A stretch of DNA of 64,000 bases from Patescibacteria group bacterium (GCA_041648575.1 JBAZOT010000002.1:34038-98037); one strand, 5' to 3'. Positions 26,847-36,863 are shown, counted from the first letter of the stretch. The notes: generated from the sequence alone by a model not told the origin. Made by a program: numbers and translations.

Positions 26847-27269
26847 ATGCATCAAGATTACCATAAATTACTTAATTTGCTTGATTCCCCCCAACCCCCA
26901 GAAAATTTATTTAATCTAATACTAAAAAGGGTAGAATTAGAAAAACAACGAACTAAAGCTAAAATTAGATTAGTAATTTTTTCAGTTACTACTGTTATAT
27001 CGCTAGTAGCTTTAATCATAACTTATCAAATTACTAGTTCACATCTATACCAATCTGGTTTTGCTGAAACTTTTTCCTTAATCTTCTCTGATTGGCAGTA
27101 CCTTAGCGGTTATTGGCAGAACTTTACAATGTTTTTATTAGAATCATTACCCGTTACCAGTTTGATTATGTTATTGGTTTCCATGCTATTATTCATCAAT
27201 TCAATTAAAGTTTTAATCAAAAATATAAAATTATCGTTAATACCTTTTAATCATAATTTAGGAGTATAA
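26847..27269 (+). CDS. Putative membrane anti-sigma factor, cognate to the upstream ECF sigma
   Basis: Small protein immediately downstream of the ECF sigma. Cytoplasmic N-terminus followed by TM helices. Assignment is by position and topology only. Confidence 0.35.
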   Translation: MHQDYHKLLNLLDSPQPPENLFNLILKRVELEKQRTKAKIRLVIFSVTTVISLVALIITYQITSSHLYQSGFAETFSLIFSDWQYLSGYWQNFTMFLLESLPVTSLIMLLVSMLLFINSIKVLIKNIKLSLIPFNHNLGV

Positions 27270-27273
27270 ATTT

Positions 27274-27756
27274 ATGGAAATTACCAAATTTTTACAATCA
27301 AAAATATTTCTTACCACTACTTGGATAATTGGCATCATTATTATCTTACTTTGTGTTTTTCAGGTTGGGGTTATGGTAGGCGCTAGAAAAGCCGGCTTTA
27401 CTTATCGCTGGGGAGAAAATTATCACCGTAATTTTGCCGGTCCCCGTAGCGGCTTTCCTTTGCCTGGTTTAGATGACCGAGATTTTATTGAAGCTAATGG
27501 TATAATTGGACAAATCATTAAGCTAGATTCTAACTCTTTGATTATCAAGGGGCGAGATAATGTGGAAAGGGTTGTATTAGTTAATGATCAAACCAATATT
27601 CTACGCTTTAAAGATGAAATTAACTACTCTGACTTAAAAATTGATGATTTTGTCGTGATCATTGGCGAACCTAATGATACTGGCCAAATTGAAGCTAAGT
27701 TTATTAGAATAATGCCACAGCCACCTTTAAGCAATCTACGTTCAAAAATGATGTAA
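27274..27756 (+). CDS. Small membrane-anchored extracytoplasmic protein; paralogous to 31563..32024
   Basis: N-terminal TM. C-terminal domain shares the pattern I.G.I…D..SL.IK.RD…V…DLKI(D/G)D…G…G.I.A…I with the 153-aa protein on the other side of the transporter. Confidence 0.35.
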   Translation: MEITKFLQSKIFLTTTWIIGIIIILLCVFQVGVMVGARKAGFTYRWGENYHRNFAGPRSGFPLPGLDDRDFIEANGIIGQIIKLDSNSLIIKGRDNVERVVLVNDQTNILRFKDEINYSDLKIDDFVVIIGEPNDTGQIEAKFIRIMPQPPLSNLRSKMM

Positions 27757-27778
27757 TAATAAATAACCTATTTCTTTT

Positions 27779-29596
27779 ATGTTTAAGAAAATTTGGAACT
27801 TTATCATAACTAAAAAATTTACCACTGGTATAATTGTTTTATTATTAATAGGCGGTGGCTATTGGGGAATTAAACATTTTACTAACACTGTTGAGCAAAC
27901 AAGCTATATTCTGGGCCAAGTGGTCAAAGGCACTATTATTACTTCGGTTTCTGGCACTGGTCAGGTTGCTGCTTCTAGCCAGGTAGATATAAAACCAAAA
28001 ATTTCAGGAGAGATTGACGCTATTTATATTAAAAAAAATCAAGAAATTAAAACGGGTCAACTACTAGCTAAAATAAATACTAGCGACGCGCAACGGGCAG
28101 TACGTGATGCAGAGATAAATCTAGAAACTGCACAAGTTCAACTAGAAGAATTACTAAAACCGGCTGACGAATTAACAATCCTGCAAGCAGAAAACGCGGT
28201 AGTTAAAGCAAAAGATTCAAAACAAAAAGCCGAAGATAATATTATTCAGGGCTATGAAGATGCTTTTAATGCTGTTACTGACACGTTTTTTGACTTACCA
28301 ACAATCATGACTGGAGTGAACGATGTTTTATATAGTTACAACATTGCTAAAAGTGAAGTCACTATTGATAACAATATATGGAATGTATCAGCTCTAAAAA
28401 ATAATATTAAATATGACGACTTACCAGAACTAGAAAAATTTATAAACTCTGCAGAAAGTAATTACAAAATAGCTAGAGAAAAATACGATGTGAATTTTCA
28501 AAATTATCGAGACAGTAGTCGTTATTCTGAATACAGCGTTACTGAAACGTTATTAGAAGAAACCCTAGAAACTCTTAGAGCAATGGCAGAGGTTATAAAA
28601 AGTGAGGTTAACTTTTTTGATTATTGGGTTGACAGTCGAACCAAATACGATTATCCAATTTTTAGTAAAGTTACTCAATATCAGTCAGATTTAAAATCAT
28701 ATACTTCAAAAACCAACGGCTATCTGACAAGTCTGTTAAGTATTGAACAATCATTTCAAGATAACAGACAAGCTGTAGTGGATGCTGAATATTCAATAAA
28801 AGAAAAAGAGTTATTACTTACTGATTTAAAAGAAGGTGCAACTGATCTTGATATTAGAACTCAAAAAATAGCGATTGAACAAAAACAAGCAAGCTTAGAT
28901 GCTGCTAAAAGCACTACAGCTGATTGCTATATTTATGCTCCTTTTGATGGCGTCATTGCTGTAAAAAATGATGACATTAAAAAAGGAGATTCAGTCTCTC
29001 CCAGCACAGTTTTAGGATCTTTGATTACTAAACAGCATCTGGCGGAAATTACCTTAAACGAATTAGATGTGGCAAAGGTCAAGGTCGAACAAAAAGCCAA
29101 TTTAACTTTTGATGCTATAGAAAATTTGACAGTAACCGGAGAAGTGGCTGATATTGATTCAATTGGCACCGTTAGCCAGGGGGTGGTTACTTATAATGTT
29201 AAAATTGTTTTTGCCACCCAAGAAGACCAAGTTAAATCAGGCATGACTGTATCCGCTTCTATTATTACTGATGTTAAACAGGATGTGCTGTTGGTTCCCA
29301 ATTCTGCTGTTAAATCTGCCAATGGTAATTACTACGTGGAAATGCCGGATGAAGATGTAAGTAATAGCCAATCTGCCAGTACCACCGGCGGTATTTATTT
29401 ACAGAATCCACCTAAAAGACAAACAATTGAAATTGATTTGGCTAATGATACTAGTACCGAGGTAACTAATGGTCTACAACAAGCTGACCAGGTTATAATA
29501 CGAATTGTTAGTTCAACTACCTCCACGACTACCACATCATCGAATCAAGGAAATATATTTACAACCGGAGCCAGTGGACTACGCCCCAGAGACTAA
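27779..29596 (+). CDS. HlyD/MacA-family periplasmic adaptor (membrane fusion protein) with long coiled-coil
   Basis: N-terminal TM. Biotinyl/lipoyl-like hairpin (…ISGEIDAIYIKKNQEIKTGQLLAKIN…). Extended alpha-helical middle and C-terminal beta domain. Confidence 0.7.
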   Translation: MFKKIWNFIITKKFTTGIIVLLLIGGGYWGIKHFTNTVEQTSYILGQVVKGTIITSVSGTGQVAASSQVDIKPKISGEIDAIYIKKNQEIKTGQLLAKINTSDAQRAVRDAEINLETAQVQLEELLKPADELTILQAENAVVKAKDSKQKAEDNIIQGYEDAFNAVTDTFFDLPTIMTGVNDVLYSYNIAKSEVTIDNNIWNVSALKNNIKYDDLPELEKFINSAESNYKIAREKYDVNFQNYRDSSRYSEYSVTETLLEETLETLRAMAEVIKSEVNFFDYWVDSRTKYDYPIFSKVTQYQSDLKSYTSKTNGYLTSLLSIEQSFQDNRQAVVDAEYSIKEKELLLTDLKEGATDLDIRTQKIAIEQKQASLDAAKSTTADCYIYAPFDGVIAVKNDDIKKGDSVSPSTVLGSLITKQHLAEITLNELDVAKVKVEQKANLTFDAIENLTVTGEVADIDSIGTVSQGVVTYNVKIVFATQEDQVKSGMTVSASIITDVKQDVLLVPNSAVKSANGNYYVEMPDEDVSNSQSASTTGGIYLQNPPKRQTIEIDLANDTSTEVTNGLQQADQVIIRIVSSTTSTTTTSSNQGNIFTTGASGLRPRD

Positions 29597-29605
29597 AGTG
29601 GCTTT

Positions 29606-30298
29606 ATGATTGAATGCAAAAATATCAGCAAGGCATACAATACTGGGATCGTGGAAACTATTGTTTTAAAAAATATCTCCTTAACTATTGATGATGGCGA
29701 ATTCGTAGCAATCATTGGCCCCTCTGGTTCAGGTAAATCAACTTTAATGCATATTATCGGCGCTCTGGATACACCAACCAAAGGCGAGTATTTGTTCGAT
29801 GGTAAAAATGTTTCTGAATTAACTGAAGACGAGTTAGCTGAAATTAGAAATAATAAAATTGGTTTTGTTTTTCAATCATTTAATTTACTTCCCCGCACTA
29901 CTGTTCTTCGCAATGTCACTATTCCCCTAATCTATAGCAACATCGCTAAAGAAGAAAGGGAAACAAGGGTAAAAAAAGCTCTGCTTAGTGTAGGTTTGGA
30001 AGAATCACATTTTCATCATTTATCAAATCAACTATCAGGCGGACAAATGCAAAGAGTGGCTATTGCCAGAGCTTTAGTTAATAATCCTTCGTTAATTTTA
30101 GCTGATGAACCAACGGGTAACTTAGATACCAAAACCGGAGAATTGGTCTTGGCAACCTTTAAAAAATTAAACGAGAAGCAACACCATACTATTATTCTTA
30201 TTACGCATGAACATGATGTAGCTATGCATGCCAAACGCGTTATTCATATACGTGATGGCGAAATTGTAGAGGATATTAAAAACCACAGCATTATCTAA
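29606..30298 (+). CDS. ABC transporter ATP-binding protein (MacB/LolD-type)
   Basis: Walker A GPSGSGKST, signature LSGGQMQRVAIARAL, Walker B ILADEPTGNLD. Confidence 0.9.
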   Translation: MIECKNISKAYNTGIVETIVLKNISLTIDDGEFVAIIGPSGSGKSTLMHIIGALDTPTKGEYLFDGKNVSELTEDELAEIRNNKIGFVFQSFNLLPRTTVLRNVTIPLIYSNIAKEERETRVKKALLSVGLEESHFHHLSNQLSGGQMQRVAIARALVNNPSLILADEPTGNLDTKTGELVLATFKKLNEKQHHTIILITHEHDVAMHAKRVIHIRDGEIVEDIKNHSII

Positions 30299-30307
30299 TA
30301 ATGATTT

Positions 30308-31531
30308 ATGAAAACTGCAGATTTATTTGAAGAAACATTTATTGCCCTACTAACTAATAAAGCACGATCAGGATTAACTATTTTAGGTATAGTTATCGGC
30401 ATTAGTTCGGTAATTGCCATGGTAGCGGTGGGTCAGGGTGCTACTGGTTCTATAGAATCAAATATACAGTCGCTGGGTTCTAACTTAATAACTATTAGAC
30501 CAGGTTTTCAACGAGGAGCAGGATATCAGGTAAGTTCTGGTCGGGGCTCAGCCCAATCATTAACTTTGGAAGATGCTAACGCTATTCAACAAGAAATATT
30601 TTTAGTCAAAGCAGTGGCCCCTGAAGTTTCCGGACGATATCAAATTACTGCCAAAGGAACTAACACCAATACTACAGTTACTGGCACCACGGAAAGTTAT
30701 CTGGATATTAGAAATATACAAATTGACCAAGGTGATTTTATCACTGAACAAAATATTAAAAGTGTAAACAAAGTAGCGGTTTTAGGATCAACAACTAGAG
30801 ATGATTTGTTTGGAGAAAATACTGAAGTGGTTGGCCAAACTATCAGAATTAAAGGAATTGAATTTAAAGTAGTAGGAGTAACTGCAACTAAAGGCGGTAC
30901 GGGTTTTGGTAGCCAAGATGACATGGTTTATATTCCTCTTTCCTCTGCTCAACGCTTTTTATCTGGCAGTCAATATTTAAATACCCTTAATGTACAGGCG
31001 GTGGATCAAAATTCCATGACTTTAGCTCAGGAACAAATTACCTCTTTATTACTAGCCCGTCATAATATTACCGACCCACAAAACGCCGATTTTAGTATTA
31101 TGAACCAAGCTGACTTGGCTTCTAGCGCCTCTTCTATTACCCAAACCCTAACTATGTTGCTGGCTGCTATTGCTGGTATCTCTTTAATAGTTGGCGGCAT
31201 CGGCATCATGAATATGATGTTAACTACGGTAACGGAAAGAACCAAAGAAATTGGCTTACGCAAAGCAATCGGCGCCAAAAAAGCAGACATCAACAAACAA
31301 TTTTTAACCGAAGCCATCACCTTAACTTTTACTGGCGGCGTAGTTGGTATAATTTTGGGCTGGTTAATTTCTTTGGTCATACAAAATCTGGCAGGTATAG
31401 CCACCACGGTATCACTACAATCAATTTTATTGGCTTTTGGTGTGGCAACTGTCATTGGTGTAGTGTTTGGTTATTACCCCGCCCGTCGCGCCGCCAACCT
31501 TAACCCGATTGAAGCTTTACGTTACGAATAA
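30308..31531 (+). CDS. ABC transporter permease, FtsX/MacB-type with large extracytoplasmic domain
   Basis: TM1, a ~220-aa periplasmic domain, then three C-terminal TM helices. Typical MacB/FtsX-like architecture. Confidence 0.8.
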   Translation: MKTADLFEETFIALLTNKARSGLTILGIVIGISSVIAMVAVGQGATGSIESNIQSLGSNLITIRPGFQRGAGYQVSSGRGSAQSLTLEDANAIQQEIFLVKAVAPEVSGRYQITAKGTNTNTTVTGTTESYLDIRNIQIDQGDFITEQNIKSVNKVAVLGSTTRDDLFGENTEVVGQTIRIKGIEFKVVGVTATKGGTGFGSQDDMVYIPLSSAQRFLSGSQYLNTLNVQAVDQNSMTLAQEQITSLLLARHNITDPQNADFSIMNQADLASSASSITQTLTMLLAAIAGISLIVGGIGIMNMMLTTVTERTKEIGLRKAIGAKKADINKQFLTEAITLTFTGGVVGIILGWLISLVIQNLAGIATTVSLQSILLAFGVATVIGVVFGYYPARRAANLNPIEALRYE

Positions 31532-31562
31532 TTCACAATTAATAATTAACTAAGATAAACTT

Positions 31563-32024
31563 ATGAAAAAATTATTGCCGATAATAATCTCAGTAATCAT
31601 AGCAGCTGGAGGAGGTTCTTTTTATGGTGGTATGCAATATGCCAACAGTAAAAATAATTCTAATCCAAATTTTAACAATCTTTCAGCTGAACAAAGACAG
31701 CAACGAATGCAACAATTCGGTACCGATAGGCAAACAAATGGACAGGGTGGAGCTGGTTTTATCGCTGGTGAAATTTTAAGCAAGGATGATAAAAGTCTAA
31801 CCATTAAATTAAGAGATGGAGGCTCAAAAATCGTTTTCTTTTCTGCCAGTACAGAAATTACAAAATCAGCTACAGGTACTATGGATGATTTAAAAATAGG
31901 AGATAATATAACAACCAATGGACAAACTAATTCCGATGGTAGTATAACCGCTCAATCTATTAGTTTAAAAAATCTTGATTTACAGTTTCCATCACCAAAT
32001 ACTAACACTCCCCCTAACCAATAA
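31563..32024 (+). CDS. Small membrane-anchored extracytoplasmic protein; paralog of 27274..27756
   Basis: Same domain pattern as the 160-aa protein, plus an N-terminal TM. Confidence 0.35.
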   Translation: MKKLLPIIISVIIAAGGGSFYGGMQYANSKNNSNPNFNNLSAEQRQQRMQQFGTDRQTNGQGGAGFIAGEILSKDDKSLTIKLRDGGSKIVFFSASTEITKSATGTMDDLKIGDNITTNGQTNSDGSITAQSISLKNLDLQFPSPNTNTPPNQ

Positions 32025-32055
32025 TTTTGGTTAGCAACAATTAATATTATGTAGC

Positions 32056-32086
32056 AAAACAGGGCTAATAACCCTGTTTTGTTTTA
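32056..32086 (+). terminator. Rho-independent terminator (aaaacagggctaataaccctgtttt + T-tract), near-identical to 25863..25892
   Basis: Same stem sequence as the terminator after the metalloprotease gene. Confidence 0.55.
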
Positions 32087-32142
32087 ATGTTACTAAATAT
32101 GACCAGTTGCCCAACCAATGCATTGCCTGATAATATAAAGTT

Positions 32143-33819
32143 ATGAAACTTGGTTATTCATCAGCCATTACTTTGGCACTCACCACTGCAGTAATTTCTG
32201 GCACTGCAAATTTTTTAAATAAACTAGCAGTTACGGCAGTTACCAATCCAACGATTTTTACTTTTATTAAAAATGGCTTGGTGGCTATTCTGCTAATAGG
32301 AATAATCCTAGCGTTTAAAAAATGGCCCGAATTAAAACAATTAACCAGGAGAGATTGGTTAAAATTGATATTGATCGGTGTTGTGGGCGGTAGTTTGCCA
32401 TTTATTTTATTTTTTAAAGGTTTAAGTTTAACCTCTGCTTTGAATGCTGCGTTAATTCACAAAACATTATTTGTTTGGGTGGCATTTTTAGCCATACCAC
32501 TACTTAAAGAAAAAATAAGCTGGATTCAAGGTGCGGCGCTAGTGTTGCTGATCGCTGGAAATTTTGTTTTGGGCGGCTGGCAAAACTTTACTTTTGGTCA
32601 CGGCGAAATAATGATTTTTATTGCTACTTTGTTATGGGCAATGGAAACTATTATTGCCAAAAAAACACTTCAACATGTATCCAGCTTAGTTACTGCTAGC
32701 TCTCGTATGGTATTTGGCTCAATAATTTTGCTGGTTGTGGTAAGTTGGCAATACCAGCTGCCGGCGTTAACAAATTTAACCCCTGCTCAATGGGGGTGGC
32801 TGATATTACCAAGCTTACTGCTTTTAGGTTATGTGCTTTCTTGGTACAGCGCGCTAAAACAGGCGTCGGCTATTTTAGTAACCAGTTTATTAGTGCCAGC
32901 CACAATTGTTACTAATCTGCTATCAGCAGTTTTTATAACACATTCATTAGCAGCAAAAGAAATTTTAAGTGCCACACTATTAGTTGCTGGAATTACCCTA
33001 TTTATTATCGCTATTAAAAAAATAAAACCAGATAACTATCAGCCAGCTATTAGCAACTCTACTATAGCCACGCCTAAAATCGGCTTGATGGACGGTATAC
33101 TGCGTTGCAGCCGCTATGCTTTTGGGCCCAATCGCCTTCATTATTGCGGTCCAGATGCAAATTCAGAAATTGCCTCTTACATCAAAGAAGGAATCAGCGA
33201 TCCGGGGCTTGAACATTTGCTTAAACAATTCAAAACTATGTATCCATATTTAAACCACATTGCCGAAGCTAATAAAATTGCCAACCCGTTTGACGAGCGC
33301 GTAGTAGAGGCATATTGGATTGGCAATGAACTATTAGAAACTATTGAAAAAAAGAAGTTTTATCGCCACTTAATCGAGGATCAACAAATCAAAAAACGTG
33401 TTGGCGCCAAAGAATTTGAACTGGTTAGTAATAAATTAAAACAAGGGGCAGTGCCGCATCACTCTTTCCATGTTTTGGATATTTGGCTGCGAACTGGAAA
33501 TTTGGAACGTGAACACACTTTAGAAAGTATGGACGAATGCCGAGTTAGTTGGGGAAGAGTAACAGCTATTGATGGGCCAAATATTAATGTGCTAACCAGA
33601 CCGCTACTTTATGCACAAAAAAAATTGTTTCTGGGCGACCCAACAAACAAAAAAATAACACGCCGACTAGAATCAACTTATGATATTGAGCAATTAGCAG
33701 TGGGCGATATTGTGTCTATTCACTGGAGCGTTCCTTGTGAAGTCATCACCCAGCAACAAGCGGGTCAGCTTGAAAAATACACCCTACAGCATATTACCTT
33801 TGCTAATCAAACTATTTAA
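32143..33819 (+). CDS. Fusion protein: N-terminal EamA/DMT-type 10-TM transporter domain plus C-terminal ~270-aa Cys-containing soluble domain of unknown function
   Basis: Two EamA-like 5-TM halves (residues 1-290) followed by a hydrophilic domain (CSRYAFGPNRLHYCGPD…). Start is 5 nt upstream of the hydrogenase maturation protease gene. Confidence 0.55.
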   Translation: MKLGYSSAITLALTTAVISGTANFLNKLAVTAVTNPTIFTFIKNGLVAILLIGIILAFKKWPELKQLTRRDWLKLILIGVVGGSLPFILFFKGLSLTSALNAALIHKTLFVWVAFLAIPLLKEKISWIQGAALVLLIAGNFVLGGWQNFTFGHGEIMIFIATLLWAMETIIAKKTLQHVSSLVTASSRMVFGSIILLVVVSWQYQLPALTNLTPAQWGWLILPSLLLLGYVLSWYSALKQASAILVTSLLVPATIVTNLLSAVFITHSLAAKEILSATLLVAGITLFIIAIKKIKPDNYQPAISNSTIATPKIGLMDGILRCSRYAFGPNRLHYCGPDANSEIASYIKEGISDPGLEHLLKQFKTMYPYLNHIAEANKIANPFDERVVEAYWIGNELLETIEKKKFYRHLIEDQQIKKRVGAKEFELVSNKLKQGAVPHHSFHVLDIWLRTGNLEREHTLESMDECRVSWGRVTAIDGPNINVLTRPLLYAQKKLFLGDPTNKKITRRLESTYDIEQLAVGDIVSIHWSVPCEVITQQQAGQLEKYTLQHITFANQTI

Positions 33820-33824
33820 ATACT

Positions 33825-34202
33825 ATGGAAGTTTGGGTATTTGGCAATCCAGATTTGGCCCAAGATGCTTTACCAATTAAATTATTGCCTGAATTAAAAA
33901 AACAATTTCCTAAAATAACTTTCGTGGTAAAAGATCCTAATGAGGAGTGGCTGTTACCAAAAAAACTTTATATTATAGATACAGTTCAGGACCTGAATCA
34001 GGTCAAAGTATTTACTTCTTTAGATTATTTTACCAAACAGCCAGCTATTACTATGCATGATTTTGATTTGGGAACGCAATTACAATTTTTAAAAAAACTA
34101 GAACAGTTGCCGCCCTTGGTAATTTTTGGTATTCCCATGAATATCTCGACAGCTGATGTGCTGCGTGAGCTGCTACCTAAGTTGCGTCAATATTTAGTTT
34201 AA
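33825..34202 (+). CDS. Putative hydrogenase maturation endopeptidase (HycI/HoxW-like)
   Basis: 125 aa. N-terminal (V)FGNPDLAQD… and mid-protein MHDFDLG resemble the conserved acidic and His metal-binding positions of hydrogenase maturation proteases. It converges on and overlaps the [NiFe] large-subunit gene. Confidence 0.45.
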   Translation: MEVWVFGNPDLAQDALPIKLLPELKKQFPKITFVVKDPNEEWLLPKKLYIIDTVQDLNQVKVFTSLDYFTKQPAITMHDFDLGTQLQFLKKLEQLPPLVIFGIPMNISTADVLRELLPKLRQYLV

Positions 34203-35490
34203 GAAAATGTGATGCACAGCTCATGCACGGATCATAAGCTCTAATTAATTTTTCTAATTCTTGCTGCAATTCGTCAGCTGATGGATTGGTAGGTAACAAT
34301 TCTTCCACTAATCTGGCCATGTCTTGCTCAATATTAATTTGGTTCTGGCCAGTAGGCACCACGATTTCACCTTCGGTTACTACACCTTGTTTATCTATTA
34401 TCACTTTGTGATACAAAGTACCGCGTGGCGCTTCAATCACACCAATCCCCACCCCTTCAATCTGCGTTGGAGGTACTGGTTGTTCTTGATTAAACGAGTA
34501 ATTTTCAAGAATTTCTACAGAGTGGTCAAGGCAATGCAAAATTTCAATAGCTTGAGCTAAATTATTATCAAAAATATTAGTAGAAGGAAAACGTTTTAAC
34601 ACCTCTGTTAAACTTGCTTTAGTCTTAGTGTGTAAACTGTCTTTAGCTAAATTTATACGCGCCAAGGCACCTACCATATAAGTTTCTCCAGAAAAAGTAT
34701 AACCCGAAGCTTGAGAATAAGGTATTACTTTATGCTGCAGATGATTATGAAAATCCGCTTCCTCGATACTGTCGCCTTTGTCGCTGATTATTTTTCCTTC
34801 CAAATAACTAAAAGGGTTGGCGACCAAAGCCATAAAATGCGTTTGACGGTCAAAAGAAAATTTACAGTTAGCAAATCGCTCAACTGTGCGCAAAACCGCT
34901 GATCGTGCAGCTGTTAATTTTTTTATAGCTTGCTTTATTTCTTCGGCTGTAGGAATTTTTAGCCAACCGCCAATAGCGGGATTAACGGCGTGGACACTGC
35001 GTCCGGCAATAATTATAGAAAGATAATTGCCAGCGGCTTTGATTTCAAAAGCATCATGCAATATTTGATGTTGTTCTGGATCGTTTTCATCTAATGACAG
35101 AAAAGAATCTTTACCATACATATCAGGCATGACAAATAAATACAAATGCAAAGCATGATCGCGAATATTCAAGCCGTACATGGTTAATTTTTTCATTAAT
35201 TGGGTTTGCTGCGACGGCTTAATTCCCAATGCATGCTCGCAAGCTTCAATACTGCATAACAAATGAGCATTAGAACAAGTACCACAAATGCGCGCCAATA
35301 AAGCCGGCAAAGTTTTATACGGTTTGCCGCGCATGGCCTGAGTATAAAAACGCTTGTATTCAGTAATACCAAAACGGCAATGTTCTATTTTTCCCTTGGT
35401 TATTTTAATATCCAAAACAGCCGAGCCTTCTACTTTGGTTAATTCTTTGTTTAAAGTAAGATCAACCTGGTGCATATCACTCGGTAACAA
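34177..35490 (-). CDS. [NiFe]-hydrogenase large subunit (cytosolic group 3-like)
   Basis: N-terminal Ni-binding motif RICGTCS and C-terminal DPCMSCASH (DPCxxCxxH). 437 aa. Confidence 0.85.
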   Translation of the reverse strand: MLPSDMHQVDLTLNKELTKVEGSAVLDIKITKGKIEHCRFGITEYKRFYTQAMRGKPYKTLPALLARICGTCSNAHLLCSIEACEHALGIKPSQQTQLMKKLTMYGLNIRDHALHLYLFVMPDMYGKDSFLSLDENDPEQHQILHDAFEIKAAGNYLSIIIAGRSVHAVNPAIGGWLKIPTAEEIKQAIKKLTAARSAVLRTVERFANCKFSFDRQTHFMALVANPFSYLEGKIISDKGDSIEEADFHNHLQHKVIPYSQASGYTFSGETYMVGALARINLAKDSLHTKTKASLTEVLKRFPSTNIFDNNLAQAIEILHCLDHSVEILENYSFNQEQPVPPTQIEGVGIGVIEAPRGTLYHKVIIDKQGVVTEGEIVVPTGQNQINIEQDMARLVEELLPTNPSADELQQELEKLIRAYDPCMSCASHFLKLNIDAT

Positions 35491-35992
35491 TATTAAATTC
35501 TTTAAGCATTTGATTTAAAACTTGTAAAAATTTTTTCTCGTCCATAGGACAACCGGGCACTTGGGCATCAACTGTTATAACATCAGATAATTTTTGAACA
35601 TGATCCATATAGGAAAAACGAGATAAAATATGCTCAATTTCTTCTAAACGTTCTGGGTCAAATTTATTGCGCTGAGCCGAGGGCAGACCCATTACCGCGC
35701 AGGCACCGATGGCTACAATTTTTTTTGATTTTCTTCTAATCTCTTTGATTTTTTCCACGTGTTCAGGCGAAGCCAACGCACCTTCTACAAAAGCTACATC
35801 TAATTCATCAAGTACATTTTTAGACTGCAGCACGCGAGCATAGCGAATATCCAACAATTTTTTCCATTCTTGCCAATGATCGTTTAACAACTCAGTAAAC
35901 AAAACAGTGCTATCTTCGCAACAGCTAAAAGTAAACCAGCCAATGCGTAGCTTCTTAGTTGTTATTTTGCCCGTTGATATTTTATCTGACAT
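35477..35992 (-). CDS. [NiFe]-hydrogenase small subunit (NuoB-like, proximal-cluster only)
   Basis: CC…GxCxxxG…GCPP pattern (FSCCED…IGACAVMG…VPGCPMD). Overlaps the large-subunit gene by 14 nt. Confidence 0.75.
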   Translation of the reverse strand: MSDKISTGKITTKKLRIGWFTFSCCEDSTVLFTELLNDHWQEWKKLLDIRYARVLQSKNVLDELDVAFVEGALASPEHVEKIKEIRRKSKKIVAIGACAVMGLPSAQRNKFDPERLEEIEHILSRFSYMDHVQKLSDVITVDAQVPGCPMDEKKFLQVLNQMLKEFNIVTE

Positions 35993-36120
35993 AAAAACTA
36001 TAAACTAATTATATCAAATAGCTGGGCAGTTAAAAAGGTTGACAAAAAGATTGAACAATTATAAGCTAGCAACAAAGTGAAAAACAAATAACAATCCATT
36101 CAATCAAAATAGGAGTCATT

Positions 36121-36357
36121 ATGAAAAATATTGATCTGAAAATTGAAATTACCATTACGGATGATTCTGGTTTGTCTGAAAACGCAAGCAAGGTGAATAG
36201 GCATATTAGGGAATTAATCAAAAAAGAAATTATATTTCCAGGACCACAATTACCACCTACCTACACCGTGACTATTAAAAATGGTGATGACAGAGACATC
36301 CTACTTCTTATAGAAGCGGGATATCAGGTTAATAAAGTACATAACGTCGTTGTTTAA
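36121..36357 (+). CDS. Hypothetical small protein (78 aa) with strong RBS
   Basis: AGGAG 7 nt upstream of the ATG. No recognisable motif. Confidence 0.3.
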   Translation: MKNIDLKIEITITDDSGLSENASKVNRHIRELIKKEIIFPGPQLPPTYTVTIKNGDDRDILLLIEAGYQVNKVHNVVV

Positions 36358-36407
36358 AAATACAATGCGTTATTAACACCGCTACGCGAAATAATGTAGC
36401 GGTGTCT

Positions 36408-36863
36408 TTATTTTCCAAAAATATTCTGCGCCCAATTATTCCAAGTTTCCCCCTGGTCATCTTGCTGTTTTTGCCAAAGCTGCCAAAACTCGCTGGGTTT
36501 AATTATTTTTATTTGCTGAAAATTTTCCAAATCTAACAAATGCTTATCTTCAGTAATTAAATAATCAGCTCTACCACCTACTGCCGCTGCTAATAATTTA
36601 AGATCTTGCTCATCTTCTAAATGTATATTAACCACAGCCGGCCGAATTTCTTGACAGTTATCTAAAAATAAACCAAGATCACGCTTTAAAGATTCATCTT
36701 TAACCAACCTATTAACTATTAACAAATTTTCCCGCTTTACTTGATCTGATATTACTGCTTTAATTTTCTGTTGTAGAACCAGATCCAAAATGCGACGCCC
36801 AAAACTACCCGCGCCCCGCTCGGCAGTTATTAAAACATTAGTATCTAAAACTACTTTAATCAT
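36408..36863 (-). CDS. PIN-domain protein (VapC-like ribonuclease fold), no adjacent antitoxin ORF
   Basis: N-terminus IKVVLDTNVLI and acidic residues spaced as in PIN domains (…EDEQD…TED…). Confidence 0.65.
   Translation of the reverse strand: MIKVVLDTNVLITAERGAGSFGRRILDLVLQQKIKAVISDQVKRENLLIVNRLVKDESLKRDLGLFLDNCQEIRPAVVNIHLEDEQDLKLLAAAVGGRADYLITEDKHLLDLENFQQIKIIKPSEFWQLWQKQQDDQGETWNNWAQNIFGK

Noticed and set aside
36121-36863. 78-aa ORF considered as an antitoxin partner of the PIN protein
   Set aside because: It is on the opposite strand, convergent, with a 50-nt gap. That is not the usual upstream co-oriented antitoxin arrangement. The PIN gene is left as a solo.
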